A DNA stretch of 32,000 nucleotides from Candidatus Iainarchaeum sp. (GTDB lineage: Archaea > Iainarchaeota > Iainarchaeia > Iainarchaeales > GCA-2688035): the NCBI GenBank assembly GCA_028713935.1, contig JAQTNI010000004.1:1-32000 (forward strand), in the 5' to 3' direction. Shown here one piece after another: positions 7,765 through 15,804 of the stretch; positions within the stretch are counted from its first letter, which is position 1; every line of letters starts with the position of its first letter. The position numbers and the translations under genes are program-made. The notes below the pieces were generated by a model that was not told the DNA's origin, did no database searches, and saw only the letters and a program-made list of their open reading frames with translations.

Positions 7765-9840
7765 TTATACAAAAATTCCTGATTTTTCCGGCACTGTTGC
7801 GCCGTCGTTTTCCTTGTCTCTTTTCAAAACATAAATGCTTCCGGAAGCAGCGTTTTCCATTTCCCTGTCATGGGTTATAATAAAAATCTGTTCAACAAGC
7901 TCCGGCAATTGTTCCCGCATTATTTTGCCAAGAATGCTTACTGCCTGCCTGTCAAGATTGTGGGTTGGCTCATCAAGAATAAGCCAGGACAAATTCTGCG
8001 TTAACACCAAAGAAAACGCAATCCTGATGCAGAGCGCTGCAGCACTTCTTTCTCCTCCGCTTAAAATTCCCTCCACCCTTACCCAGTTGCTATCCCTGCC
8101 CCGCACTTTCAGCTCATAGCTTCCTTTTTCTATTTCAAGCCTTGCGCTTGTAAAATCCCCGTAAGGGTAGATTTTCTGCCAGATATTGTCCATTGCAATA
8201 TTTGTGTTTTCAACAAGCTCTTCGCGCAGCTCTCCCTGCGCAGCAATAAGGGAATTCGTGAACAAAACCCCTTTTTCCTGCGCCTTTGAAAGCCTTCCAA
8301 TTGATTGTTCAAGTTCAGCCACTTGTTTTTTTTCTTCCTCTGCTTTTTTCAGGCCTGCTTCAAGTTCCGCAAGCAATTCATTATTTGACTTTTTTTCGTT
8401 TTCAATGCCTTGCACTGCAGCGCTTGCTTCTGCAAGTGCTTTTTGGTGCTTTTTCAGGTTTTCCTCGTCAAAGCAGGTTTTTTCAATTTCCCTTGAAAGC
8501 TTTTCATTTTCAAGTTCCAGTTGGCTTAATTGCTTTTCCTCTTTTTCCCTGTTTTTCTTTTCCGATTCAATTTCCCTTAACAGGCTTTTCAGTTCAATAA
8601 TTTCCGCTTTTGTTTTTTCCCTGTTTGCAGCAAATTTTTTTTTAAGGCTGTTTTTTTTGTCAAGTTCTGCCTTTAGTTTTTTCATTTTTTCAATAAGCGC
8701 ATCCTGCTTTTTTTCAATTGCCTCTTTTTCCAGCCCATTTTCTTCCTGCAGCTCTTTTTTTGTATGCCCTGAAAGGTCCCGCTTGCAGACAGGGCAGTTT
8801 GCATTTGCCTGTTTCAGCTCGCGCAAAGCCTTTTCAATCTGAAGAATTTTTTCTTCAAAAAGCCCCTGTTCCCTTATCAGGGAATTTGCATTTTCCTGAA
8901 TAGTCCCAATCTCAGATTCATTAAGCTTTTCTTCTTCCAATATTTTTTCAATTTCTTTTTCTTTTTCAATTGCCTCTTTTGCAATTTTTTCAGGGCTTTT
9001 CCCTTCAAGCAGCCTTGCGGCCTCTGCAATGCTTCTTCGCAGTTCTTTTGCAGTTGCCTCTCCCGATACAAGCCTTTCTCTTAATGCGCGGAATTCTTTC
9101 CACTGTTTTTCCAGTTTTGCTCCCAGTTCCCTTAACTTTTCAACCTCTGCTTTTTTCTCCACGATTTTTTTCCTAGCCTCTTCCTGTTCTTTCTGCTTTT
9201 GCCTGATTTTTTGCCCTGTTGCAGTAATTTCTTTTTCGTCAAGATTTTTTTTCCTGCTTTCAAGCCAGGATTTTCTTTCCGCAATACTGTCTTTCAGCCT
9301 GTTTGAAATGCTTACAGAATTTGACCTTGCATTCTCATATTTTTGCAGGTCAAGGAGCTCGTCAAACTGGATTTTTCTCTGTGAAGGGGAGAGTTTCAAA
9401 AAATAGTCAATCTGGTTCTGTTCAGAATAAACTGCCCTGCTGAACAAGTCATAATTTATGTCAAGGCATTGTTCTATTGCTGCTGTTGCATCGGTTGTTT
9501 TCGGGCCAGCCAGAAACTTGCCATCACAGGACAATTTTGCCTCGTTAGTTCCTTTTCTCTTGATTGTTCTTTCAACAACAAAATTTTTGCCTGCATAATC
9601 AAATTCAAGCATTACTCTTGCAAAATTTTCCTTGTTGGGCTTGCTTGTGATTATTTCTTCCAGAGAAACCCGTTTTGCCTGCAGGGCAGGAAAGGTTCCA
9701 AAAAGCGCAAAGCAGATTGCATCCATGACAGAGCTTTTTCCCGAGCCCATCTGCCCTACCAGTACATTTGTGCCTTTTTCAAATTCAAACTCGCTTTTTG
9801 CATGAGTGCGCCAATTCTCAAGAACAACACGCTTAATCAT
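7765..9840 (-). CDS. rad50: Rad50 DNA double-strand break repair ATPase
   Basis: ORF 7765..9969, conserved start at ATG 9840 (MIKRVVLENWRTH...). Walker A is GQMGSGKSS. There is a long K/E-rich coiled coil with the zinc hook CPVC. The ABC signature is LSGGERSAAAL and the Walker B/D-loop is LILDEPTHNLD. Confidence 0.9.
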   Translation of the reverse strand: MIKRVVLENWRTHAKSEFEFEKGTNVLVGQMGSGKSSVMDAICFALFGTFPALQAKRVSLEEIITSKPNKENFARVMLEFDYAGKNFVVERTIKRKGTNEAKLSCDGKFLAGPKTTDATAAIEQCLDINYDLFSRAVYSEQNQIDYFLKLSPSQRKIQFDELLDLQKYENARSNSVSISNRLKDSIAERKSWLESRKKNLDEKEITATGQKIRQKQKEQEEARKKIVEKKAEVEKLRELGAKLEKQWKEFRALRERLVSGEATAKELRRSIAEAARLLEGKSPEKIAKEAIEKEKEIEKILEEEKLNESEIGTIQENANSLIREQGLFEEKILQIEKALRELKQANANCPVCKRDLSGHTKKELQEENGLEKEAIEKKQDALIEKMKKLKAELDKKNSLKKKFAANREKTKAEIIELKSLLREIESEKKNREKEEKQLSQLELENEKLSREIEKTCFDEENLKKHQKALAEASAAVQGIENEKKSNNELLAELEAGLKKAEEEKKQVAELEQSIGRLSKAQEKGVLFTNSLIAAQGELREELVENTNIAMDNIWQKIYPYGDFTSARLEIEKGSYELKVRGRDSNWVRVEGILSGGERSAAALCIRIAFSLVLTQNLSWLILDEPTHNLDRQAVSILGKIMREQLPELVEQIFIITHDREMENAASGSIYVLKRDKENDGATVPEKSGIFV

Positions 9841-9918
9841 AGCATCAATAAAAAACCAGCAATGGAAATTAATTAAAATGGAATGAGAAAAGAAAGAAAT
9901 AATAAAAGAGCCAAATAA

Positions 9919-10389
9919 ATGGTTATTATGAGAAAACCGCGCAAAGCAATTCACAAGGTTCCTCGCCAAGTAAGGCGACTAGTGAGTGGAGAACAAAATT
10001 TGGCAGAAGCGCACGCCGAAATACTCACGCCACTGGTTTTGGTCAAAGCCAAAAAGTTAGATCCCAAAAAAATGTCAATCTTTAAAATATGGGCGGCTTC
10101 TAAAGCTGTGGAGTGGCTGCCGGAAGGCGTTCCCTACAAAATTTCTAGCGAGAAAATAGTTAGAAATGCAGGGGGCCTTTTTGTTGCAGGCTTGAACAGG
10201 CCTTTAATTCTGGTTGCTGATTTTTTAAGTCCTGCTGAAAGACGCAATTCAGCCCGGCACGAGCTTCACGAATGGGAAGTGCATTTCGCGCGTTTTCCAC
10301 ATGTTGACCTTTCACATGCGCATGCTGTAAGAAGAGAGAACCCAAGATTGAGAAGAAGCACTGTAATTAAAGTAGCGGAGAACGATTAG
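9919..10389 (+). CDS. hypothetical basic protein with HELHEWEVH motif
   Basis: 156-aa ORF divergent from rad50. It is visibly richer in G+C than its neighbours: the 60-nt line starting at 9961 has 32 G/C, against 20 in the rad50 line starting at 8581. I recognise no family. Confidence 0.45.
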   Translation: MVIMRKPRKAIHKVPRQVRRLVSGEQNLAEAHAEILTPLVLVKAKKLDPKKMSIFKIWAASKAVEWLPEGVPYKISSEKIVRNAGGLFVAGLNRPLILVADFLSPAERRNSARHELHEWEVHFARFPHVDLSHAHAVRRENPRLRRSTVIKVAEND

Positions 10390-10415
10390 AAACCAAGCCA
10401 GGAAAATTAGTCTTT

Positions 10416-10673
10416 TTATAGCAGTGTCATGTTTTCGACTTCGGCTTCTTCAATGCTTTTCAAAGAGGAAACTTCTTTTTGCAGGGCTTCCAAAGCGCCT
10501 TCTTTTTTTTCTTCAATGAGAATTGCTGCCTTGATTATTTCAATTCCAAAGCCAATAGGCACTTTCTGGATGTCTTTAACTGTGCCGTTCTTGATTGCCT
10601 TTATTTCCTTTAAGGCGGTTTCAATCTGTTCTTCTTTTGGAGTAATTTTCATTATTACAATTGTTTTTCCCAT
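10416..10673 (-). CDS. ef1b: translation elongation factor aEF-1 beta
   Basis: 85-aa product reading VIMKITPKEEQIETALKEIKAIKNGTVKDIQKVPIGFGIEIIKAAILIEE...EEAEVENMTLL. Size and pattern are typical of aEF-1beta. Confidence 0.85.
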   Translation of the reverse strand: MGKTIVIMKITPKEEQIETALKEIKAIKNGTVKDIQKVPIGFGIEIIKAAILIEEKKEGALEALQKEVSSLKSIEEAEVENMTLL

Positions 10674-10691
10674 CAGGACACCAAAAGCAGT

Positions 10692-10847
10692 TTAAGGACC
10701 TTCGAATCCGCATTCTTCGCATTTGTATGTTTTTGCTGTTTTCCTGCAGTGAAGGCAGCGCAGGATGCGAGTTTTCCCGCATTGCGGGCATTTGAATTCC
10801 ACATAGTCATTTACGACTTCTCTGTTGCAAGTGCTGCAAGTTTTCAA
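10692..10847 (-). CDS. Zn-ribbon protein of the type commonly encoded next to aEF-1beta (COG2888-like)
   Basis: This ORF is not in the supplied track because it has a TTG start and only 51 aa. The product is (M)KTCSTCNREVVNDYVEFKCPQCGKTRILRCLHCRKTAKTYKCEECGFEGP, with four CxxC pairs. It lies directly upstream of ef1b on the same strand. Confidence 0.7.
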   Translation of the reverse strand: MKTCSTCNREVVNDYVEFKCPQCGKTRILRCLHCRKTAKTYKCEECGFEGP

Positions 10848-10885
10848 TCAAATCACCATTAATAACAAAACCAATCAAATAATCA

Positions 10886-11066
10886 GATTATATTTATTTG
10901 CAATTAAACAATTCTTTAATCAGAGAGGTTTTTAAAGTTAATTCCAAGAGTATGGCCCGCTAATTTTTCCTCGAACCACCCCCAATTAATCGAATTTTTT
11001 CTTAGGACTCGAATTTTCTCGGCTTAAACCTTTGCCTTCGTTTAACTCAGGACAAAGGATTTAATG
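10886..11066 (+). repeat. copy A of a diverged repeat module (ABCE1-promoter-like segment, ATGGCC remnant, conserved 35-mer, hairpin)
   Basis: GATTATATTTATTTGCAATTAAAC (10886-10909) resembles 27559-27580 and 29245-29268. The 35-mer CCAATTAATCGAATTTTTTCTTAGGACTCGAATTT (10982-11016) matches 27728-27762 at 32 of 35 positions. A hairpin follows it (CCTTTG 11029-11034 pairing with CAAAGG 11053-11058). Confidence 0.7.
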
Positions 11067-11118
11067 CCTCCAAAATTCGCAAGACGTCCAAGAAAAAATT
11101 CTTTTTTATTTTGGAGGC
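11066..11118 (+). promoter_or_regulatory. 11-bp perfect hairpin that sequesters the GGAGG Shine-Dalgarno-like sequence of the following small ORF
   Basis: GCCTCCAAAAT (11066-11076) is the exact reverse complement of ATTTTGGAGGC (11108-11118). The 3' arm contains GGAGG (11113-11117), 8 nt upstream of ATG 11126. Confidence 0.5.
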
Positions 11119-11125
11119 GGTTCGA

Positions 11126-11272
11126 ATGAACTTTGAAAAATTTGAGTTTCCTCTTCCAACACTGGAAGAGATAAAAATAGCAAAAAGGCTTGCAGCAAGC
11201 AATCCAGAAGACTTGGATGATAGAGACATCTGGATTCTGAACGAATTCTGCGGAAGTGATTCCTATGAATAG
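11126..11272 (+). CDS. 48-aa hypothetical protein, overlapping and probably translationally coupled to the LAGLIDADG gene
   Basis: ATG 11126 has GGAGG upstream. The product is MNFEKFEFPLPTLEEIKIAKRLAASNPEDLDDRDIWILNEFCGSDSYE. Its stop (TAG, 11270-11272) overlaps ATG 11265 of the next gene. It is too short for the supplied track. Confidence 0.4.
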   Translation: MNFEKFEFPLPTLEEIKIAKRLAASNPEDLDDRDIWILNEFCGSDSYE

Positions 11273-12179
11273 CGGAAATTCACAGCTCCAGAATTGTTTT
11301 AAACTGGAAAAACAGGGTTCTTTGAGTGAGCCCTGTATGGACCAAGAGATGACACCTGAACTGGCAGAAATTTGTGGGATTCATGCAGGTGATGGTTATT
11401 TGAGAAATGATGGAAAACACAGGGAATTGGACATTAGTGGTGGCTTTGATGAGCAAGGCTATTATGATACCCATGTTGTGCCACTATTTGAAAAATTTTT
11501 TAATATCAAAATAGTGCCAAGGTTTTTTCTTCACAGAGGGACTTATGGTTTTGTAATAAGAGACAGGGCGGTAATTGAGTTTATGCACACTCTGGGCTTT
11601 CCTTATGGAAAAAAAACTTTGACAGTTAGTGCTCCAGAGACAATATTGCAGTCTAAAGATTTGGATATCATTTATCGTTTTGTTCGAGGAATTTTTGATA
11701 CTGATGGATGCCTTTCTTTCAGGAAACGAGAAGGTTCAGGTTATTCAAAGATCTACTTGAAGAGACACACATACCCCAGAATATCATTAAGTGTATGCTC
11801 TAGAAATCTCTGGAGCGGCGTTTGTATTCTCCTGGCCAAAACAGGATTTCAGTTTACCGTCTCATATCAAAGACCAAAGAATAACGAAAGTCAAAAATAT
11901 CTCGTGATGCTAAGAGGTGATGCTAATGTAATAAATTGGATTAATAACATTGGTTTCAAAAATCCAATAAAATATAATCGGTTCCTAATTTGGAAAAAAT
12001 TTGGATTTGTGCCCTCTGGATTAACTCATGAAGACCAAAAAAAAATTCTAAACGGCACAATAGACCCAAATTCATACTATGTTGAAGAACTTCTGGAAAA
12101 TGATGGTCTTGTTCCAATGCTAGTTAAACGAAGGCTTAAGGTCAGCCAAAACTTTGAATCTTTTATTCCTAAAGATTAA
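11265..12179 (+). CDS. double-motif LAGLIDADG homing endonuclease, free-standing
   Basis: ORF 11256..12179 (GTG), first ATG at 11265. It has two LAGLIDADG-type motifs: LAEICGIHAGDGYL and FVRGIFDTDGCLS. It is not embedded in a visible intron or intein host gene. Confidence 0.85.
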   Translation: MNSGNSQLQNCFKLEKQGSLSEPCMDQEMTPELAEICGIHAGDGYLRNDGKHRELDISGGFDEQGYYDTHVVPLFEKFFNIKIVPRFFLHRGTYGFVIRDRAVIEFMHTLGFPYGKKTLTVSAPETILQSKDLDIIYRFVRGIFDTDGCLSFRKREGSGYSKIYLKRHTYPRISLSVCSRNLWSGVCILLAKTGFQFTVSYQRPKNNESQKYLVMLRGDANVINWINNIGFKNPIKYNRFLIWKKFGFVPSGLTHEDQKKILNGTIDPNSYYVEELLENDGLVPMLVKRRLKVSQNFESFIPKD

Positions 12180-12208
12180 AAACACAATTACCCAAAAATT
12201 CATTAGTT

Positions 12209-12284
12209 GGGCCTGTAGCCTAGCCTGGATATGGGCGCTCCGCTTCGGACGGAGAGGTCGGGGGTTCAAATCCTCCCAGGCCCG
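12209..12284 (+). tRNA. tRNA-Arg (anticodon UCG)
   Basis: I folded a 76-nt cloverleaf by hand. The acceptor stem is GGGCCTG/CAGGCCC and the D stem is GCCT/GGGC. The anticodon stem is CTCCG/CGGAG with loop CTTCGGA (anticodon TCG). The T arm is GGGGG-TTCAAAT-CCTCC and the discriminator is G. No CCA is encoded. Confidence 0.9.
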
Positions 12285-12309
12285 CAGTTATTTTTCTTAT
12301 TGAAGCAAT

Positions 12310-13410
12310 TCATACAAGTTGTTTGACTGCCCAATAGGTTGGGTGGTTCTTGGCACCCAAGCGACGCTTGAATGCATTTAGTTCAGGCGTTTCACTTCCC
12401 CCTAAATCAATTGTTTCAATTTCTGGCAATTGTTTTTTTGCTTCTGCAAAAACATTGAGAAGTGCAAATGTGCTTAATGCCCCAAACCCAGTTGCCTTTC
12501 TTGGAATGCCCAGTTCATTTAGCAGGTTTTGGCTTCTCTTTGAAATGCAGCAATAGAAAGCAAGTTTGTCATTGGAAATTTTTTCTCCGACAAAAATGCT
12601 TGTTGGAATGTCTCTGCTTTTTCCGCATAACCTGCCAACAATGGCAAATTTTTTTTCATAATCTGATTCTAAAAGATTCCAATAATCTTCCGGCATTGAA
12701 CCAATGGTCTTGTGTTCTTCGCCAAGCATTTTGAAGTGAGACGCAACTATTTGCTTTGCTTCCGAAACTGAATATTCGCCCCATTGCCATTCAAGCCCGT
12801 GTTGTAACAGAAAGTTGCTGAATCTGTTATAGGAAGAACGGTTCCATTTTGATTTTATGTAAAGGTTTTCATGCCTGTGAAGGTTGTCAGAATAATTAAA
12901 CATCTCGCTTAGCTGCAAGATTGAATAGGAAAAAGTTTCGTCTTCGGCAAAAGCAGTTTCATGCCAAGGTTGCTCTTGAACTGGGGAATAGCCGTGCGCC
13001 AAAAAGTGCCTGAATTGTTCCAGAGAAAGGAACCGTATATAAAAAAACTTTCCTTTGAGTTGCGGGCATGTTTCCAATGCGGTTTTCGCAAAGGCATTTA
13101 CTGCCCTGAATGAATCTATTCCCCGTGGCGCAACTGCCATGAGATGCCCTCCATCTTTTTCTTTTTCTCTGCGGTAAACACTGATGCCAAAAATATTTTT
13201 TTTGTCAAAATAACGCAGCCCCATTGGATTCAAAATGCTCAAACCTCTTGGATTGCGGCCAGTGCAATATAAGAGAAACCCAAGATAAGAAAGCCCAAAG
13301 GTCCCGTCTTTGAAGTTGTTAATATATGCAGCGTCGCGCTCAGTTAATTGTTTGACATGCTGCAATGTAAGAAGTTCTTTTTCTATAGACTCTCTGAAAG
13401 AGGCATTCAT
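12310..13410 (-). CDS. DUF2156 / MprF C-terminal-like (GNAT-fold, aminoacyl-tRNA-dependent transferase-like) protein
   Basis: The 366-aa ORF has a two-lobed layout. Its C-terminal segment IDLGGSETPELNAFKRRLGAKNHPTYW resembles the LGxS...L..FK.KF signature of the LPG-synthase C-terminal family. The family assignment is by eye only. Confidence 0.4.
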   Translation of the reverse strand: MNASFRESIEKELLTLQHVKQLTERDAAYINNFKDGTFGLSYLGFLLYCTGRNPRGLSILNPMGLRYFDKKNIFGISVYRREKEKDGGHLMAVAPRGIDSFRAVNAFAKTALETCPQLKGKFFYIRFLSLEQFRHFLAHGYSPVQEQPWHETAFAEDETFSYSILQLSEMFNYSDNLHRHENLYIKSKWNRSSYNRFSNFLLQHGLEWQWGEYSVSEAKQIVASHFKMLGEEHKTIGSMPEDYWNLLESDYEKKFAIVGRLCGKSRDIPTSIFVGEKISNDKLAFYCCISKRSQNLLNELGIPRKATGFGALSTFALLNVFAEAKKQLPEIETIDLGGSETPELNAFKRRLGAKNHPTYWAVKQLV

Positions 13411-13446
13411 TAATATGTTTTCTTGAACCTAAAATATATAATTTAA

Positions 13447-13490
13447 AATATTTTTTAACTAAAAAAGTAATATTTTTAATATTTTTTAAC
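13447..13490. promoter_or_regulatory. two direct copies of AATATTTTTTAAC in the divergent intergenic region
   Basis: The copies are at 13447-13459 and 13478-13490, spaced 31 bp start to start, between the divergent DUF2156-like and Lrp/AsnC genes. They are candidate promoter or Lrp-operator elements. Confidence 0.3.
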
Positions 13491-13504
13491 CAAAATGGTA
13501 AAAT

Positions 13505-13978
13505 ATGAAGTCAGATGCTGCTTTGGACAAGCAAGATTGGAAGATTTTACGGGCTATTTCGCATGATGCTCGCATGCCTGTCAGCCATATTGCGAGACAA
13601 GTGGGCATGTCGCGCGAAACAGTCAAATATCGATTGAAAAAATTGAAATCCAATGGATTCATAAAGTACTTTCTTACTTTTTTGGATGTAGCAAAAATTG
13701 GTTATCCTGTCTGGGGGTTTATGCTTATTTCCTTCAAGGATTTGGATGCCAAAAGCGAGGATGAATTTGACAAATACATCAAAAGGAATCCTTATGTCCT
13801 TTTTGCTTACAGGGCATTAGGCGAATGGGATTATGGCATTGAATTTTTTGCAAAAACCCCCCAACAGTTGTATGAAATCCAGCTTGAACTTAAAAAGCAG
13901 TTTTCAAAAATTATCAAAGATATACGGACAGGTTCCATTATTGAAACTGTAAAAATAAATTATGTCCCCCAGATCTAA
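13505..13978 (+). CDS. Lrp/AsnC-family transcriptional regulator
   Basis: The N-terminal HTH reads LDKQDWKILRAISHDARMPVSHIARQVGMSRETVKYRLKKLKSNGFI. It is followed by an AsnC-type (RAM) ligand-binding domain. The 157-aa size is typical. Confidence 0.85.
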   Translation: MKSDAALDKQDWKILRAISHDARMPVSHIARQVGMSRETVKYRLKKLKSNGFIKYFLTFLDVAKIGYPVWGFMLISFKDLDAKSEDEFDKYIKRNPYVLFAYRALGEWDYGIEFFAKTPQQLYEIQLELKKQFSKIIKDIRTGSIIETVKINYVPQI

Positions 13979-14039
13979 CGGCTCCGCAAATCGCCTTTTG
14001 TGCATTGTTTAATAAAATAATTCGCATTTTTATTGTTAT

Positions 14040-14321
14040 ATGCCCGAAGTTCCGAGAAAACCAAAGCCCAGGGAACAGCGAGTGGTTTCTACTTCTGTAA
14101 GGAATATTATCCCAAAGATTCGTGCATCGCAGGCAGCTGAAAAAAATGCTTTGCTTGAAGCCGAGAGGGCAAAAGACCCAAAGAGTAGAACGCTCTGGCT
14201 TGAACAGGCTGCAATGGAGAGAAAAATCCAGGAAGGCTTTGCTTTGGCAGCCAGGATAAGAATAGGGTTTGACAATCCACGGGACACACGCCTAAGAAAG
14301 CTTGAGGCTAAATCCAAATAG
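14040..14321 (+). CDS. hypothetical small basic protein
   Basis: 93-aa hydrophilic ORF (MPEVPRKPKPREQR...). A mirror ORF of equal length exists on the minus strand. I prefer the plus frame because its composition is charged and protein-like. Confidence 0.35.
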   Translation: MPEVPRKPKPREQRVVSTSVRNIIPKIRASQAAEKNALLEAERAKDPKSRTLWLEQAAMERKIQEGFALAARIRIGFDNPRDTRLRKLEAKSK

Positions 14322-14325
14322 CCGC

Positions 14326-15699
14326 TTACAAAAAGCTTTCTTTTCCTTTAAGGTAAGAAGTTAGGAATTCCGCGAATTCCTTGTTTTTTGAATAGAGCGC
14401 AAGAAGGTTTTTTTCATGCAAGATAACTGTTCTTTTTTTTATTGCTTTTGCAATATCCCCGCTTTCCTCTTTTGCAAGGATTTTAAGGTAGGTTTCCAAA
14501 AATTTTTCCGCTGAAGTGAATTCCCTTTCTGTTTCAAGCACCCATCTTCCTTTTTCAATGCGGGGCCCTGACAATGGCTTTGGGTGTGCACGCAAAAATT
14601 TTTCACTGTGCTCTTTCATTGAGGCAAGCGGGCCAATTCTTTTCTCTGCTTTTTGGAGCAGGAGGCTTTCCAGTTCAAACAGGAAAACAATGCTGTTTTT
14701 TTCATCGCTCCATTCCGCTGTCTGGCTTGCCTTGAAAGCAGCCAAATCAAGCTGTTTTGCAATTTTGCAGCCTATCCTTTTTATCTGGCCCCACGCAATG
14801 TCAGGCAGTGTGCCTTTCGGATAGGCAATTTCAATTCCGATTAATTCTTTTTTTTGCAAAATTTTTCTTATTTTTTCAATTGGAAAGGGAATTGTTTTTT
14901 CCGGGAAAAAGAATTTCATTGAAGGCTTTTTTAAGAAAGCATTTGCAGCCGCAACAATCCTTTCAAACTGTTCAAGCGAAAGCGCTGCAGCAACATTCCT
15001 GTTTTTGTCAACAGGGTCAATTATTGCCAGGTGCCCTGGAAATTTTTCCCTCGCCTCTTTTGGCGCATAATATTTTTCAATGTCAATAATTGTTCCGGGA
15101 ACCCATTTTGAAATTGCTTTTATTGCCCCCTTGAAACTTTTGTATTTTAGCACAAGCAATTCAACAACATATCCTGGGACAGAGCTTGTTTTTATTTCAG
15201 CGCCATAACTGCCGATTCCCTTGAAAAATTGCCTCAAAAGCCTTGTTTCATTGCACAATTTTTTTGAAAGCCTTTTTTTAAGGAAAAGATTGTGCAGAAT
15301 GCTCCTGTCAACGCTGCTCTGCTTTTGCGATGCATTGCTTATTTTATAGCTTGGAACAATTTCAACTTCAAAGCCATTAATCACACCGCGGATATAAGGG
15401 TGCTCTGAATACGCTTTTTCCCATTCATGGCCTTTGAAAATTGCTTTTCCTATCCGCAGGCCTTCTTTTTCAAATTCCCGCCTGCCAAGGCCTCTTGAAA
15501 ACAAAACAAAAATATCAAGGTCCCTGTCGCCTTTCAAATGAGTGTTTCTTGCGCTGCTTCCTGCCCATGCAACTCCAATGTGCTTTCCTTCCATTGCCCT
15601 TATTTTTCCGATTATTTCTTTGGCAAGTTTTTTTTCAGATTTTTTTTCCTGCTCTGAAGGGACTGTCCTTTCAAGCACTTGTTTCAGCATAAGCTTCAT
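14326..15699 (-). CDS. cca: archaeal class I CCA-adding tRNA nucleotidyltransferase
   Basis: 457 aa. The nucleotidyltransferase motif is WAGSSARNTHLKGDRDLDIFVLF, and the downstream architecture is typical of archaeal CCA enzymes. Confidence 0.9.
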   Translation of the reverse strand: MKLMLKQVLERTVPSEQEKKSEKKLAKEIIGKIRAMEGKHIGVAWAGSSARNTHLKGDRDLDIFVLFSRGLGRREFEKEGLRIGKAIFKGHEWEKAYSEHPYIRGVINGFEVEIVPSYKISNASQKQSSVDRSILHNLFLKKRLSKKLCNETRLLRQFFKGIGSYGAEIKTSSVPGYVVELLVLKYKSFKGAIKAISKWVPGTIIDIEKYYAPKEAREKFPGHLAIIDPVDKNRNVAAALSLEQFERIVAAANAFLKKPSMKFFFPEKTIPFPIEKIRKILQKKELIGIEIAYPKGTLPDIAWGQIKRIGCKIAKQLDLAAFKASQTAEWSDEKNSIVFLFELESLLLQKAEKRIGPLASMKEHSEKFLRAHPKPLSGPRIEKGRWVLETEREFTSAEKFLETYLKILAKEESGDIAKAIKKRTVILHEKNLLALYSKNKEFAEFLTSYLKGKESFL

Positions 15700-15804
15700 T
15701 TAAACCCAAAAATTAATGAAAAAACTAATTTATATAGGTTATTCCAATTATTACTATTGCGTTTCTTGCAGGGATTCGGCTTGATTGAAAAAACACCAAA
15801 AAAA

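Noticed and set aside
8186-8842. 218-aa plus-strand ORF, and several other plus-strand ORFs between 7835 and 9876, antisense to rad50
   Set aside because: The products are Ser/Phe-rich and low in complexity. They are mirror images of the K/E-rich coiled-coil codons of rad50 (AAA/GAA read backwards). The rad50 frame carries all the diagnostic motifs.
8300-9300. Apparent DNA-level repetitiveness (TTTTTC/CTTTT runs) in the middle of rad50
   Set aside because: It reflects biased K/E codon usage in the coiled coil. No unit of fixed length repeats, so it is not a tandem repeat.
11111-11135. GGAGGCGGTTCGAAT resembles a tRNA T-arm (GGTTCGAAT)
   Set aside because: The downstream bases (GAACT) cannot pair with GGCGG to close a T stem, and no acceptor or anticodon arms can be drawn. 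The GGAGG is better explained as an SD-like sequence within the 11-bp hairpin.
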